Shown here piece after piece: positions 63,520 through 64,000 of a stretch of DNA of 64,000 bases (positions are counted from its first letter, which is position 1; every line of letters begins with the position of its first letter). Location of the stretch: the NCBI GenBank assembly GCA_024137785.1, contig JAHRHZ010000013.1:8706139-8770138 (forward strand). The letters run 5' to 3'. The position numbers and the translations under genes were made by a program. Below the pieces are notes generated by a model. That model worked only from the letters and a program-made list of their open reading frames with translations, had not been told where the DNA came from and searched no databases. This stretch comes from Ginglymostoma cirratum. Its lineage: Eukaryota.

Positions 63520-64000
63520 AAAGATTTTCTTTCATTCTGTCTTGAGACATGGACATAGCTGGCTGACCAGGATTTATAGCAGGTCCAGAGTTGCCCTTGA
63601 GAAGGTGGTGTTGAGCTGCCTTCTTGAACCGCTGCAGTTGTTATGCCATTGGTAAACAGACAATGCCGTTACGGAGGGAATGCCAGGATTTTGATCCAGC
63701 AACAATGATATATTTACATGTCAGGGTGATGAGTGACTGGGATGGGAAATTGCAGCTGGAGGTGTTCCCTTGTATCTGCTGCCCTTGTCCTCCCCGACAG
63801 TAATGATTGGTTATTTGGAAAGTGCTGTCTACAGATCTTTGGCAATTTTTTTTACAATATGTCTTGCAGGTAGAATAGACTGCTGCTACTGGACTTCCGT
63901 TGTGGAGTGAGTGGATGCTTGTGAATGTGGTGCCTATCATGTGGTCTACTTTGTTTTGGATGGTGTCAAGCATGTTTAGTGATGTTGGAACTGCATTTAT
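63520..64000 (-). mobile_element. L2-like LINE 3' end
   Basis: LDTIQNKV...SIHSLH...VAAV...GSKSWHSLRN; tail matches the 33975 copy. Confidence 0.75.

Noticed and set aside
1-64000. Prokaryotic operons, defence systems or prophage
   Set aside because: No gene-dense coding structure; the content is a spliceosomal exon plus vertebrate repeats.

Overview
This is eukaryotic, not microbial, DNA: an AT-rich, repeat-dense vertebrate intronic region. HE1-type V-SINEs point to an elasmobranch (shark or ray; inference). The only recognisable host coding sequence is one 150-nt phase-0 exon of adenylate cyclase 2 (ADCY2, + strand, 50633-50782), so the rest of the window is most likely the two large flanking introns. 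Nearly all other ORFs in the six-frame track are transposon relics or noise. The relics include CR1, L2-like, Rex1/Babar and Tx1 LINEs, HE1, Deu-type and other tRNA-derived SINEs, two decayed Gypsy elements, two solo LTRs, a Tigger-like transposon and Harbinger Myb-like remnants. The most interesting signal is three families of Penelope-like elements (PLEs) carrying minimal hammerhead ribozyme (HHR) motifs. Each family has left tiny (80-260 bp), often palindromic, inserts bounded by target-site duplications (TSDs). Their truncation and inversion points cluster at the ribozyme, and their two arms end at two fixed termini about 35-40 nt apart. A candidate poison exon or recursive splice site lies just upstream of the ADCY2 exon. 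There is one 400-N assembly gap (53957-54356). Family assignments come from recognised motifs, not database searches, and many repeat boundaries are approximate.
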